Notes: generated from the sequence alone by a model not told the origin. A stretch of DNA of 64,000 nucleotides from an uncultured Gemmatimonadaceae bacterium (GCA_963817955.1 CAWFQK010000004.1:512001-576000), one strand, 5' to 3'; positions 10,267 to 19,121 are shown, counted from the first letter of the stretch. A program made the numbers and translations.

Positions 10267-11292
10267 TTAGTCAGCCCACGCACACGCGTCGTCCCACGAC
10301 GGGATCCCACGCATCGGGTCTTCCGCCACCAAATCGAGATAGTCATGACAGCTCTGGTCGCCTGTGGTGGACGGGTACGGAAACTGCTGAGAAATGAATA
10401 CGCCGAGGTCGAAGCCGATTCCGAATGCTCCCATCATGCCACCCAAGGCGCTGAGTGCAAAATCTTCAATCAGACCGTCAGCAGTGGCGCCGATGGCGCC
10501 AAGGCCCACCGTTGCCTTAATGATCCATCCAAAGATGGACGGACTACCATCCTTCGCTGTGTCGACGACCTGTGCCCCAAGGGATTGTGGCAGTATCATG
10601 TCTGCTGCAACGACTTGGATGCGATGCGCTAAATGCGCGGCAACTCAGGCGTGGCTTCCGCCGTTCCCCGCACCAGGCCGAGACGAGCCTGCTCGTGTTT
10701 TACATCGAATGTTGCGACAGCCCGCCGCGTGAGCACACCGTTCGAAACTCGTTCATGGTGAGCCGTGCAGCTCCCATGCGCCGTCCGTGCGCTTCCACTC
10801 GGGAACTGCGGCGTAGACGAGCGCACCATCCATTGAAATTCGAACGGCGACGCAGGACTGTCACCGGTTCCCGCGTCAACCGCAAGGTCGAAGGTATGTC
10901 CGGATGTCGGAAGCGTCCGACCGTGGATTGCATTTCTGCCGTGTGCGCGACCGAAATCCGTCTCGAACACAGGAATCGCCTGCTGCCGCCCCGAAGTCCG
11001 TCGAGTGCGCCAAGCCGAACGTAGCCCGTCCCTCGGACTACGTGACCCAAGAGATGTTGGGGCGCGACGTCGACATGCTGCCAGTGCCCGTTGGAGTCGA
11101 TACCGTCAACTGAGATCGAAACGCCCGCGGACACGTTCGTCCCCTCGATCGGGGACTTGGTCAACGTCGGTTGTAACACATCGAACGCCGAGCGTAGTGC
11201 GACAGGCTCGCCATTCCTGTCTTGGCATGCCGTTACGAGCACGACAGCGCAGCTAATACCGCGACGGACATGATCTATCGTTCTCGATTCAT
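10267..11292 (-). pseudogene. Multiply frameshifted lipoprotein with a Gly-rich hydrophobic C-terminal domain
   Basis: RBS and ATG at 11292; lipobox-like AVVLVTAC; protein-like segments in alternating frames; open C-terminal 110 aa (10267-10599). Confidence 0.5.
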
Positions 11293-11789
11293 TGATCCCT
11301 CAAGAAGTGGTGTCTACGGTCGTAAGCGCGTATCCATCGGCTTCCGACAGTGGCATTGCTCGGAGGGAATATTTTGAGTGCTGTTCGGCATCGAACGGCG
11401 TTGGAACTCATACATTGGACCTTGCAGTTCGATGGCTACACGCCGTGCTCGCGCTTCAAAGTGCGATGGACTCCGAGGCGAGCACGTTCGACCAGCGCCG
11501 ACGCTACCTACGGAGCGTCATGCCAGCGTCATGCGGCGCGTTACCGAAGATACGCCGGCGTAAACGCACTTCCGAGAGAACCGGAGATTCGTGCGGCTAT
11601 CGGTGTGGGGATGCCACGAGTTGGCGATGTTGGGCCTATTATATTGATTATAAGAAAAAATTATAGTAAAGTGAAAGTTCTGGCTCTAGCCGCATTCCGT
11701 AAGAACGGTCCAACAGCGGTCGTCGACTGGGGCTTCATGGATTGTTTGGCTCGTGCCGAGACTCATTGAATACCCGCGGGCGAGGCCCC

Positions 11790-12146
11790 ATGTCAGTGAC
11801 TTGGCACTACAGACGACCGATCAACTTCCGCTCGACCTCGCTCGATGGCGGCGATGTCCAGTTCCCGCGTGCGGTTGCGGGTGAGGACTTCGACCGGTAT
11901 GCACGCGCGGTATGGCATCAAGGACAGCGATGGATCCGACGGCATTGGCCCCGGATCTACGGTCCAGACGTCACCATGCACGACGCGCGCGCCAGCTTGT
12001 GTGCGGTCGCGGCGATTGATGTCGTGCGGCGCTTGTATCCTCAAGAACAGCAGCTGCTGAGCGAACTGGTCTACCGTGCATGGACTGAAGCCGAGCGCGA
12101 TCTACGCGTGGAAACGATAGACGCCCATCTCGCGGCTGCGGGATGA
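11790..12146 (+). CDS. Hypothetical protein
   Basis: 118-aa ORF with GAGG RBS and protein-like composition; converges on the tRNA 3' end. Confidence 0.6.
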   Translation: MSVTWHYRRPINFRSTSLDGGDVQFPRAVAGEDFDRYARAVWHQGQRWIRRHWPRIYGPDVTMHDARASLCAVAAIDVVRRLYPQEQQLLSELVYRAWTEAERDLRVETIDAHLAAAG

Positions 12147-12165
12147 GCGTCTATGGTCTGCGACA

Positions 12166-12252
12166 CGGATGAGGCGAGATTCGAACTCGCGAGCGGCTTG
12201 CGCCGCCACACGCTTTCCAGGCGTGCGCCTTAAACCACTCGGCCACCCATCC
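12166..12252 (-). tRNA. tRNA-Ser(GGA)
   Basis: Acceptor stem GGATGGG/CTCATCC with discriminator G; anticodon arm CACGC-CT-GGA-AA-GCGTG; long variable arm; GTTCGAATC T-loop; CCA not encoded. Confidence 0.96.
12213..12252. repeat. att core, left copy (5' half of tRNA-Ser)
   Basis: CTTTCCAGGCGTGCGCCTTAAACCACTCGGCCACCCATCC, identical to 21863-21902. Confidence 0.95.
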
Positions 12253-12266
12253 AACAGCCATCTAAC

Positions 12267-13517
12267 TTAGCCAGCCACAGCGACTTCTGACACCCTGTCG
12301 GGCGGTAATTCGGAATGCTGGTCGCGGTTCGCGGTCGCGGTTCGTGCTGCTTCCGCCTTTCGTGCCTCCCCGCGTCTAGCAAGCGCCGCCCGCAACGTGT
12401 CCTCGCGGGGTTTCTGGTACACCTCAACAATGGTCTTGTAGGAACTCCACCCACCGAGCGCCATGAGCTGCGCGGCAGGAAGGCCGTCGTTGTCGCTCGC
12501 AAACTTTCGCCGCAACGAATGCCAGCCCCTGCCCTTCACACGCGCGAGGCCGGCGCGTGTCTCCAGCTGCGTCCACCAGCGTTGGAACTGGCGCCGCGAA
12601 ATCGGTTCCTCTGGGTCGAGCGGCGACGGGAATACCCAGCCATCCCCGATTCGGGATTCTTCACGCCTCATTCGCTTGAGCGCATCAACGTGCTCCGGTA
12701 ACAGCGGCGTGCCGTGCTCTCGCTTCATCTTGTCCCACGCTCTACCCCAAACAATCCGGCCGGCGGATAGATCAACTTCGCTCCAACGCAACCGCGCGAC
12801 GGAGATTGAGCGATGGCCGGTCTCGTGTTCCAGATACAAATACAGTTCGACTTGCGGTCCCAGCGCCTTCGCCGCCACGCAGAGCGCATCATACTCGGCG
12901 TCGGTCGTCATCGGCTGACGCGGGCTCGACTCTACCGGAATCGGAAATTTCCGAAACGGATTGCGATCGAGCAGCGGCCGACCGTTGATACGGACCGTCT
13001 CCGCCCAGTTGCACACGGCCATGAGAAACTTTAGATCATAGCCGATCATGCGATCCCGCACGCCACCCTCCGTCTTTCGCCCGCTGGGCCTCAGGCGTCC
13101 GGCGCGTCGCTCGCTGATGAAACGGTCCCAATCCCGCCGGTCCAGATCAACGACGCGAGCGGATGTCCCCCAACACGACTCAAACAGGCCGCGCGCCGTG
13201 CGATCATGCCGAGCTTTCGCCGCCGTTTTTCGCGGCGTAACTTCGCGCAGGTAGTTGTCAAACAGCTCCTTCACGGTCAGCTCATCGCTGCGCGGCGCTT
13301 CCTCTTTGCGGAGTGCTGTCGCCAATTCCTCGGCGGCCAGCTTCCCGCGTTCGCGGTCGGCGTGGTGCAATGACCGACTGCGCCGCTTCCCGTCTTCGTC
13401 CTGATACTCCAACATCAACGTGCCGTCGCGCGGGTGCGGATACAGGCGTACTCGGTTGCAACCTTTCTCGCCTGTGATGAAGCTCCGTGCCCGCGTTGGC
13501 TTCCTCGAACGTGTCAC
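12267..13517 (-). CDS. Tyrosine recombinase/integrase
   Basis: Catalytic R (ETGHR), K (WDKMK), HxxR (WHSLRR), W (LGGWS) and Y (VEVY); ends 14 bp from the att core. Confidence 0.93.
   Translation of the reverse strand: MTRSRKPTRARSFITGEKGCNRVRLYPHPRDGTLMLEYQDEDGKRRSRSLHHADRERGKLAAEELATALRKEEAPRSDELTVKELFDNYLREVTPRKTAAKARHDRTARGLFESCWGTSARVVDLDRRDWDRFISERRAGRLRPSGRKTEGGVRDRMIGYDLKFLMAVCNWAETVRINGRPLLDRNPFRKFPIPVESSPRQPMTTDAEYDALCVAAKALGPQVELYLYLEHETGHRSISVARLRWSEVDLSAGRIVWGRAWDKMKREHGTPLLPEHVDALKRMRREESRIGDGWVFPSPLDPEEPISRRQFQRWWTQLETRAGLARVKGRGWHSLRRKFASDNDGLPAAQLMALGGWSSYKTIVEVYQKPREDTLRAALARRGEARKAEAARTATANRDQHSELPPDRVSEVAVAG
12319..12342. repeat. Candidate integrase arm-type sites, left pair
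   Basis: TGGTCGCGGTT and CGGTCGCGGTT in tandem; the same motif pair occurs at 21735-21757. Confidence 0.65.
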
Positions 13518-13927
13518 CGTGCGCCTCCTACGTGGCGGGTGATGACAGCTCGCGCGATCTCTGCGCGTTCAATGTGCAAGGCCGGCGCCGATGGAGGCAA
13601 GGCGGCGCCCGGCTTCTTCGGCAGATCGCTTCGACGCACGCGCGGCGCATTTCGACGGCCGGCGTTCGGAATCTTGCCGCGCGAAATCTCGCGTCCGAGA
13701 TGGTCAACGCTATAACCGCTCTCGGTCGCCGCCGCTGCGAGTGTCAGCAAGCCCCCTGCATTCCGGCGGAGCGCCTCGTCTAGTTCATTCGCCGCACTCT
13801 CCAGCGCAATGGCCGCGCCCTCCGCCGCCGCCCAGCGGCGGAGGGCGGCGGCTCGATTGCGCCACAAGCCGGCTAGTTCTTGTGTAGAGGGTTCAGCGTA
13901 CTGCGTCTGCTGAGGTTCGCGTTTCAC
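13514..13927 (-). CDS. Excisionase-like helix-turn-helix protein
   Basis: LLTLAAAATESGYSVDHLGREISRGKIP...RVRRSDL (Xis/MerR-like); GTGA overlap with the integrase; GAGGAG RBS. Confidence 0.75.
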   Translation of the reverse strand: MKREPQQTQYAEPSTQELAGLWRNRAAALRRWAAAEGAAIALESAANELDEALRRNAGGLLTLAAAATESGYSVDHLGREISRGKIPNAGRRNAPRVRRSDLPKKPGAALPPSAPALHIERAEIARAVITRHVGGAR

Positions 13928-14033
13928 GATTCGTCATAGCTCTCCTCGTTCCGTTGAATGGTGCGCGTCGGCCACCGTGTCACCGACGCGCGTAAGAATT
14001 GACGTGCCTCGGTGGCACGGACACACTGGAAGC

Positions 14034-14282
14034 CTACAGCTCGTAGAGCCGTAGGTCATTCATGATGTCAAACAGACCATCGCGCACATCGGCTTCCGGC
14101 CCACCGGGGCTCTTCTGGATACGCTCATCGTGCCGCGTCGCACGTTCAATCACCTGTACCTCTTCCTCGGTAAGCGAGATGACCAGTTCGCCGCTGAAGA
14201 AGAGCCCCAGGGAATCGGCGTGTAGTCTGTCTAGTAACCGCATCCGACGTGTCGCCTCTGCGTACTTCCGGCGGGCGTGCAT
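14034..14282 (-). CDS. Hypothetical protein
   Basis: 82-aa ORF co-oriented between the primase and xis-like genes. Confidence 0.5.
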   Translation of the reverse strand: MHARRKYAEATRRMRLLDRLHADSLGLFFSGELVISLTEEEVQVIERATRHDERIQKSPGGPEADVRDGLFDIMNDLRLYEL

Positions 14283-14352
14283 CGAGGCACGGGGTTATGA
14301 TAGGACCGTGGAACCAATTGCCGGAGTGCAGGGGGCGCCGCTGCGATGACCA

Positions 14353-16779
14353 TCATACGAGATCCTCGATGCTCTCGGGGGCTTGTGCCGGTGGCACTTC
14401 CTTCCCGGCGCGATACTTGTCCCGATGCTCCACGACGTAACCGGCCCTCAGCGCAGCTTCGAGCGCGCGGGTTTGACGACTACGGTCCGTCTTCCCATCT
14501 CGGATGAACAGGCCCGGTTGCTGTGCGCGCATTTCGGTGAACAGTTCGCTCTTTGTTACGCCGTGCGTAGGGCTGGCGATTGAACGAATCGCGATACCGG
14601 CCGCGATAGCGCAGCGAGCGCCAATCGTCGCATCGTCCGCCAACACGGGGGCCACACCCTCTTTCAGCACGCCGGGCGCGACGAGATGCCACCGAAATTC
14701 CGTATCTGACTTGCCGCCTTTGTTCTTCTTCACGCGCATCGTAATGTTGTCGTCCTTCTTCAAGACGGTGGCCTCCCAGTCGAACGCTCCTTCAATGACA
14801 CTTGAGCCCCGAGCCCTGCCCGAGTCCGAGACCGCGGAGTGATGCACGACGAGCACGAAGGCGTTTGCCATTCGCGACAGCGACTGGAGCGTTGCCATTA
14901 CGACGCCCATCTCTTGCGCGTTGTTCTCCTCGCCGGTTGTCGCGCCCTTGAGCACATCCACCACCAGAGCGACCGGTTCAGGAGCACCACGCGCGCGAAG
15001 CTGTGCAAGGGTGTCGCGAAAATACGGGATCGCGCCAGCGATCGACGATAAGGCGGGGGCGCCGTCAATCACGAATACATCGGCGTCCTCGACGCCAAAT
15101 TCCTTGAGTTGGCGCGTGATGCGCTCGCGAAACCCGTCAACATCTTCCGTTGCGAAGCACACAACCGAGCCGGCTTTCATGACCGGGGAACCGGCAAAGC
15201 CGCGTGCGAGCGAGACCGCGCAGGCAAAGGCTGATACGATCCAGGACTTGCCGTTGCCCGGAGGACCAATGAGTCCCCCCACCCCGCGCCGAGGGAGCGC
15301 CCCGTCGATCAGCCATTCCCTCTGAACCGTCTTCGCATCGCCGGCCCGCCACAGCGACAGCGGCGCGGCGGTCGCTTCGCTGACAAGCATCTGAACGGGC
15401 GCCGCGAGCAACCACGCTGCTCGTCGGATGAGCCGCGCGTCGTCCTCCTTGAGCCCTTGTAGAATGCGCCCAAGCTGCGTGCTGAGCGCGACATCAAACA
15501 CCGATCGCTCTGATGCGTAGGGGGAGAGGCGAAGGATATGAAGCACCTCCGGGCGAAAGACGGGCGTGAGCGGATCGTGTTGCAGCGCCGCCTTGCTGAG
15601 AAGCTCCCATCTGTCCGCGACGCCCTGGCCGGAGAGGCGGCCAACCTCTGAAACGAACACCCGATCCGCGCTGCCGATGATTGCGGCTAGGCGCTCTCCT
15701 TCGGAGGCGCCCGCCGCCCAGCGCTCAGCTTCGGCATCGCGCGCCGTCTCGGCCGGAGGCGTGGCGCCCTCGACTACGGCGAACTCGTATTTCACGCTGT
15801 TGAAACCAAAGTCGCGAGCGAGATCTACCAGCCACGCCCAGCCGACTTGAAACGGCCCGTGAAGACTGCGCCAATCTGCCTCGACTGTGTCGGGCGGGTT
15901 CACGCCGCCCTCCCAGCGAGCGCACCACTCGTAAAACAGCTCGCGCCCCTCTTCCTCGTACTCGATCCCGGCGGCCGCCTTCACCGCATAGGCAAACGTG
16001 ATGTAGTCGGCGCGACCGGGGAACCGCGCTTCGCTATTCGGAATGCACCGGATACACTCTCTGAGGGCTTCCATGCGGGCCGCGCCTTCCCCTGGAGCGA
16101 GCAGCGCCGCTTGATCGGCGGCCGGCGCTGAGACTTGCCCGTTTCCTTCGCGATGCGTCGTGTAGCCCCGCGCCGCAAAGTCCGCCTCGGCCACATCGAG
16201 AAACTGGCTCGCCTGCTCCCGTGTTATCTCGGTGCCTGGCTGCGCAGTGGGGTCTTTGTCCCACTCATACGTTGCGCCGCTCGGATGTGTCCCGGCGATC
16301 AGGTACTGCTGCTTGTCGCCCAAGATCTCGACGAGATGCTTCTCACCCTCCCGCTCCGCGCATAGGCGCATCCGAGCGAACGGCTCTGTGGTGCGATACT
16401 GGAGCAGCCGTTTTGACGAGTTGGCGCGACCTCGCACCGGAGCGGGACCAAGTTGCGACAACGCCATCTGTTCGATGCGGTCGGCGATCACGGGGTCGTC
16501 GCTGTCGATGTCAACGCCCGGCCGGCGCGCAGCCTTGAGGCCCAGGTTAGCTCCGTCCTTTTCCCACTGCTCGACGTTCTCGCACGTGGCCTCGTGCGAC
16601 AGCCATTTATATCCGCCCCACGTACCGGAGCTGTTGCGCTGCCCCGGCGACTTGCCGCGTGCGTTCAGCGTGATTCTCGACTGCGGGGAGATCTCGCCGG
16701 TTGGCGGAATCACCGACACTAAGTCGGCGCCGTACGTGTCGAAGCTGCGCATGAAAAACGATTGCGTTTCCTCCTGCAT
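14353..16779 (-). CDS. Primase-helicase: Prim-Pol (AEP) + PriCT-2-like + AAA_25/RepA-like helicase
   Basis: ANLGL...GVDIDSDD and GTHPSGATYEW (Prim-Pol); ELFYEWCARW (PriCT-2-like); Walker A GPPGNGKS, Walker B LVVD, VLVVHH...RGSS. Confidence 0.88.
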   Translation of the reverse strand: MQEETQSFFMRSFDTYGADLVSVIPPTGEISPQSRITLNARGKSPGQRNSSGTWGGYKWLSHEATCENVEQWEKDGANLGLKAARRPGVDIDSDDPVIADRIEQMALSQLGPAPVRGRANSSKRLLQYRTTEPFARMRLCAEREGEKHLVEILGDKQQYLIAGTHPSGATYEWDKDPTAQPGTEITREQASQFLDVAEADFAARGYTTHREGNGQVSAPAADQAALLAPGEGAARMEALRECIRCIPNSEARFPGRADYITFAYAVKAAAGIEYEEEGRELFYEWCARWEGGVNPPDTVEADWRSLHGPFQVGWAWLVDLARDFGFNSVKYEFAVVEGATPPAETARDAEAERWAAGASEGERLAAIIGSADRVFVSEVGRLSGQGVADRWELLSKAALQHDPLTPVFRPEVLHILRLSPYASERSVFDVALSTQLGRILQGLKEDDARLIRRAAWLLAAPVQMLVSEATAAPLSLWRAGDAKTVQREWLIDGALPRRGVGGLIGPPGNGKSWIVSAFACAVSLARGFAGSPVMKAGSVVCFATEDVDGFRERITRQLKEFGVEDADVFVIDGAPALSSIAGAIPYFRDTLAQLRARGAPEPVALVVDVLKGATTGEENNAQEMGVVMATLQSLSRMANAFVLVVHHSAVSDSGRARGSSVIEGAFDWEATVLKKDDNITMRVKKNKGGKSDTEFRWHLVAPGVLKEGVAPVLADDATIGARCAIAAGIAIRSIASPTHGVTKSELFTEMRAQQPGLFIRDGKTDRSRQTRALEAALRAGYVVEHRDKYRAGKEVPPAQAPESIEDLV

Positions 16780-16808
16780 TTGAGTATATTTACATCACTA
16801 TCCCGTAT

Positions 16809-16862
16809 AGCTCCCCGGTCTCAGCTCCCGTGTTCGCGCGCGGTCGCTAGGACCGGGGAGCT
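16809..16862. other. Stem-loop upstream of the primase gene
   Basis: 12-bp inverted repeat AGCTCCCCGGTC...GACCGGGGAGCT. Confidence 0.5.
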
Positions 16863-17061
16863 TTGGTTGTGTGAGATCGACAGAGCCGAAATGATGGCCG
16901 AAGGTTCGGCCGTGGTCACTGCGTGGCGTACGCGCCGGTAAAGGCTTGCGGTCGTGGCGTTCTAACGTGTTCGCACGCGTGGCCCCTAGCTGCCCCGTAG
17001 AGCCGCGATCGGCACCGGAGTAGCAAAGGAGTGCGAGATGAGCCCCCGCGTGCGTTGTGGG

Positions 17062-17331
17062 CTACGCCTGGGGGCTCTGACTCGGACGTGCCAAGCCTGC
17101 GGCGGAGGTTCCCGCTGGCTGCTTGGCACGTTCGTTCTCCACTCGTTCGATTTCAGTGCGTTGGGCGTAGGCCCGGACATTCGCTTCGTCAAGGAGCCAG
17201 CGGTCGGTGATTTGACGCGCGGGGCCGAGGGCGCCGCGCAGAGCGAGGCGACGCACGGTGTACCAAGGCAAGCCAAGCAAGGTGGCAGCCTGTGGTAGTG
17301 TGATTTCGGTTTTCACTGCGGGGGGTCTCAA
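17062..17331 (-). CDS. Small helix-turn-helix (Xis/AlpA-like) protein
   Basis: ITLPQAATLLGLPWYTVRRLALRGAL...RWLLDEANV; AGGA RBS before TTG. Confidence 0.75.
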   Translation of the reverse strand: MRPPAVKTEITLPQAATLLGLPWYTVRRLALRGALGPARQITDRWLLDEANVRAYAQRTEIERVENERAKQPAGTSAAGLARPSQSPQA

Positions 17332-17428
17332 GTCCTTCCCTGATGGCGCCTCGCTATTGGGCGCCGAGCTGGCGATGCGGGTCTCATGTACCGACCGTGC
17401 AGAAATCGCCGCGATTTATCGACCCCTA

Positions 17429-17457
17429 AATATACACCGTTCGGAGTAAAAGGTCAA
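17429..17457 (-). promoter_or_regulatory. Sigma70 promoter for the leftward replication/recombination genes
   Basis: TTGACC, 17 bp, TATATT on the minus strand. Confidence 0.7.
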
Positions 17458-17521
17458 CAAAGAACTATCGGCGCTGCTCTCTCCTGCATCTGCATTCAGG
17501 ACGTGGCATTCGGGTCGCCAC

Positions 17522-17706
17522 TGTCGCGTCGTCGCAACCCTACTACGTAAGGGTTTGCAACACGGCGACAAAGACAGTTTGTCGCAAGACTGTCGCAAGG
17601 TTCTGTCGCTTGCAACAAACCATACAGGACAACGACTTAGCCCCTCCATCGAACAGCGCTGCGACAACCTTTGCGACATGTCGCAAGCTCTGTCGCAACG
17701 TGTCGC
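17522..17706. repeat. Iteron cluster, putative replication origin
   Basis: About 13 copies of TGTCGC(AA) or variants in both orientations, including the perfect palindrome TTGCGACATGTCGCAA (17671-17686). Confidence 0.75.
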
Positions 17707-17812
17707 GGGCCGCGCGCGCCGAACACCCCGGAAACGACGGCGCCGCGCAGAGCGATTCCCTGAGCGCGGCGCGCTATGCGCCCGCGCGCGCGAGGCGCGC
17801 CGCCCGATCCGA

Positions 17813-18526
17813 CTACTGAACCCAGCCGCCGGCATTGAGGCGCGCCAGAAGCCGCCCAACCTGCGCGGCGCTCCACCTGCCCCCTCGCGGCGCGCCGATG
17901 CACCGATCATTCAACGCGCGAGCGATGGCACGAAACGAAGTGACCCCCGAGGCGCGTAGCTCGGCGATGGTCAGCCCGAAGGCATCCGCATGTTCAGCCG
18001 CGTTGGCCGCTCGGACCTTGGCGCTCTCCGCCGCGCCCCGTCTCGCCGCCGCTCGGCTGATTCGTTCAGGGTGCCCGCCAAGCGGCGCCTTCCCGGCTTT
18101 GCGCCGCTTCTCTCTTACGACGGCGAGAGCCGCCTTTGTGCGCTCAGCAACCAAACGCCGTTCATGCTGCGCGACAGCCGCGAAGATGTGAACGGTAAGT
18201 TCGTTGGCCTCTGGCATATCAGCCACAACGAACTTCACACCTTGCGCTTGAAGGTTGATAAGGAAGCGCAAGTCTCGCGACAACCGGTCGAGCTTTGAGA
18301 CGACGAGGCGAGCGCCGTACATCCGGCAAGCAGCCAACGCCTTCCTCAGCTCCGGCCGCGTGTTGTTGCCGCCGCTCTCCACCTCCGTATACTCCGCGCG
18401 AAGCTCCCAGCGCCCGCCGTTGAGATAGTCGAGTACCGCGTTTCGCTGCGCCTCCAGGCCGTTGCCTGACCGGCCTTGTCGAGCCGTGGAAACGCGAAAA
18501 TACGCCACAAAGGCACCGTTTGGCAT
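17813..18526 (-). CDS. Serine recombinase (resolvase/invertase family)
   Basis: VAYFRVSTARQ (catalytic Ser), EVESG, RPEL, KLDRLSRD, ERTKAAL; C-terminal HTH. Confidence 0.93.
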   Translation of the reverse strand: MPNGAFVAYFRVSTARQGRSGNGLEAQRNAVLDYLNGGRWELRAEYTEVESGGNNTRPELRKALAACRMYGARLVVSKLDRLSRDLRFLINLQAQGVKFVVADMPEANELTVHIFAAVAQHERRLVAERTKAALAVVREKRRKAGKAPLGGHPERISRAAARRGAAESAKVRAANAAEHADAFGLTIAELRASGVTSFRAIARALNDRCIGAPRGGRWSAAQVGRLLARLNAGGWVQ

Positions 18527-18726
18527 CGAAGGTAGCCGTCGTTGTGAGGGTGACACATAAGGCCCGTTTTTCGTCGGGCCTATTGTTACACGCGTTCGGG
18601 GATTACACAAGAGACATCTTCGGGCGCAGGTCCGCCGCAGGCGGACAACGATGCGTCGGCATTTCGATTTCTTGGATGGCGACAGGGGCAATGCCGAACG
18701 CGTCTACAGCCGGGGATGCTCTCGCT

Positions 18727-18906
18727 CACCGCGCGGGCCAACTCCGGCCGCGCATCGTTCCCGCCGCTCTCGACCTCTGTGAACGAAGCTCAGAGATCCC
18801 AGCGCCCACCATTCAGATAGTCGAGAACAGCCGCCTGCTGGGCTTCGAGGCCCAGCCCTGAGCGGCCCTGGCGCGCGGTCGATACCCGGAAGTACGCCAC
18901 AAATGC
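18727..18906 (-). pseudogene. Truncated second copy of the serine recombinase N-terminus
   Basis: AFVAYFRVSTARQGRSGLGLEAQQAAVLDYLNGGRWDL*ASFTEVESGGNDARPELARAV aligns without gaps to the intact gene; in-frame TGA at 18790-18792. Confidence 0.85.
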
Positions 18907-18916
18907 GCAAGTTGCC

Positions 18917-18965
18917 AGGACAAGGCAGGATAGGAACAAGGCAAGGCTAGGCTAAGGCAGGGAGA
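18917..18965. repeat. Degenerate pentamer tandem repeat (AAGGC/TAGGC-like)
   Basis: AGGACAAGGCAGGATAGGAACAAGGCAAGGCTAGGCTAAGGCAGG. Confidence 0.55.
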
Positions 18966-19121
18966 GCCTCCCCCCCCTTTGCCCAGGAACGCCCGGCCCG
19001 CTGCCGTAGCCGGGAGGTAAGTGACCGGCCCGGGGCTCTGGCCAGAGACTCCCCTCCGGACATTGAGAAGAGCCCGTCGAAATTTTTTCGCCTATTGAAT
19101 CGAAAAAGCTTCGGTCGTCCG

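Noticed and set aside
11292..11769. ORFs 11292-11666 and 11350-11769 as genes (faint AraC-like remnant)
   Set aside because: No convincing motif or RBS and they run through an AT-rich tract; cannot be supported
17522..17706. CRISPR array
   Set aside because: Repeats are 6-8 bp, in both orientations and irregularly spaced, with no unique spacers or cas genes
18790..18792. Selenocysteine recoding of the TGA in the resolvase fragment (selB is nearby)
   Set aside because: The position is Arg in the intact paralogue, the fragment has no clear start codon, and homology ends ~20 codons later
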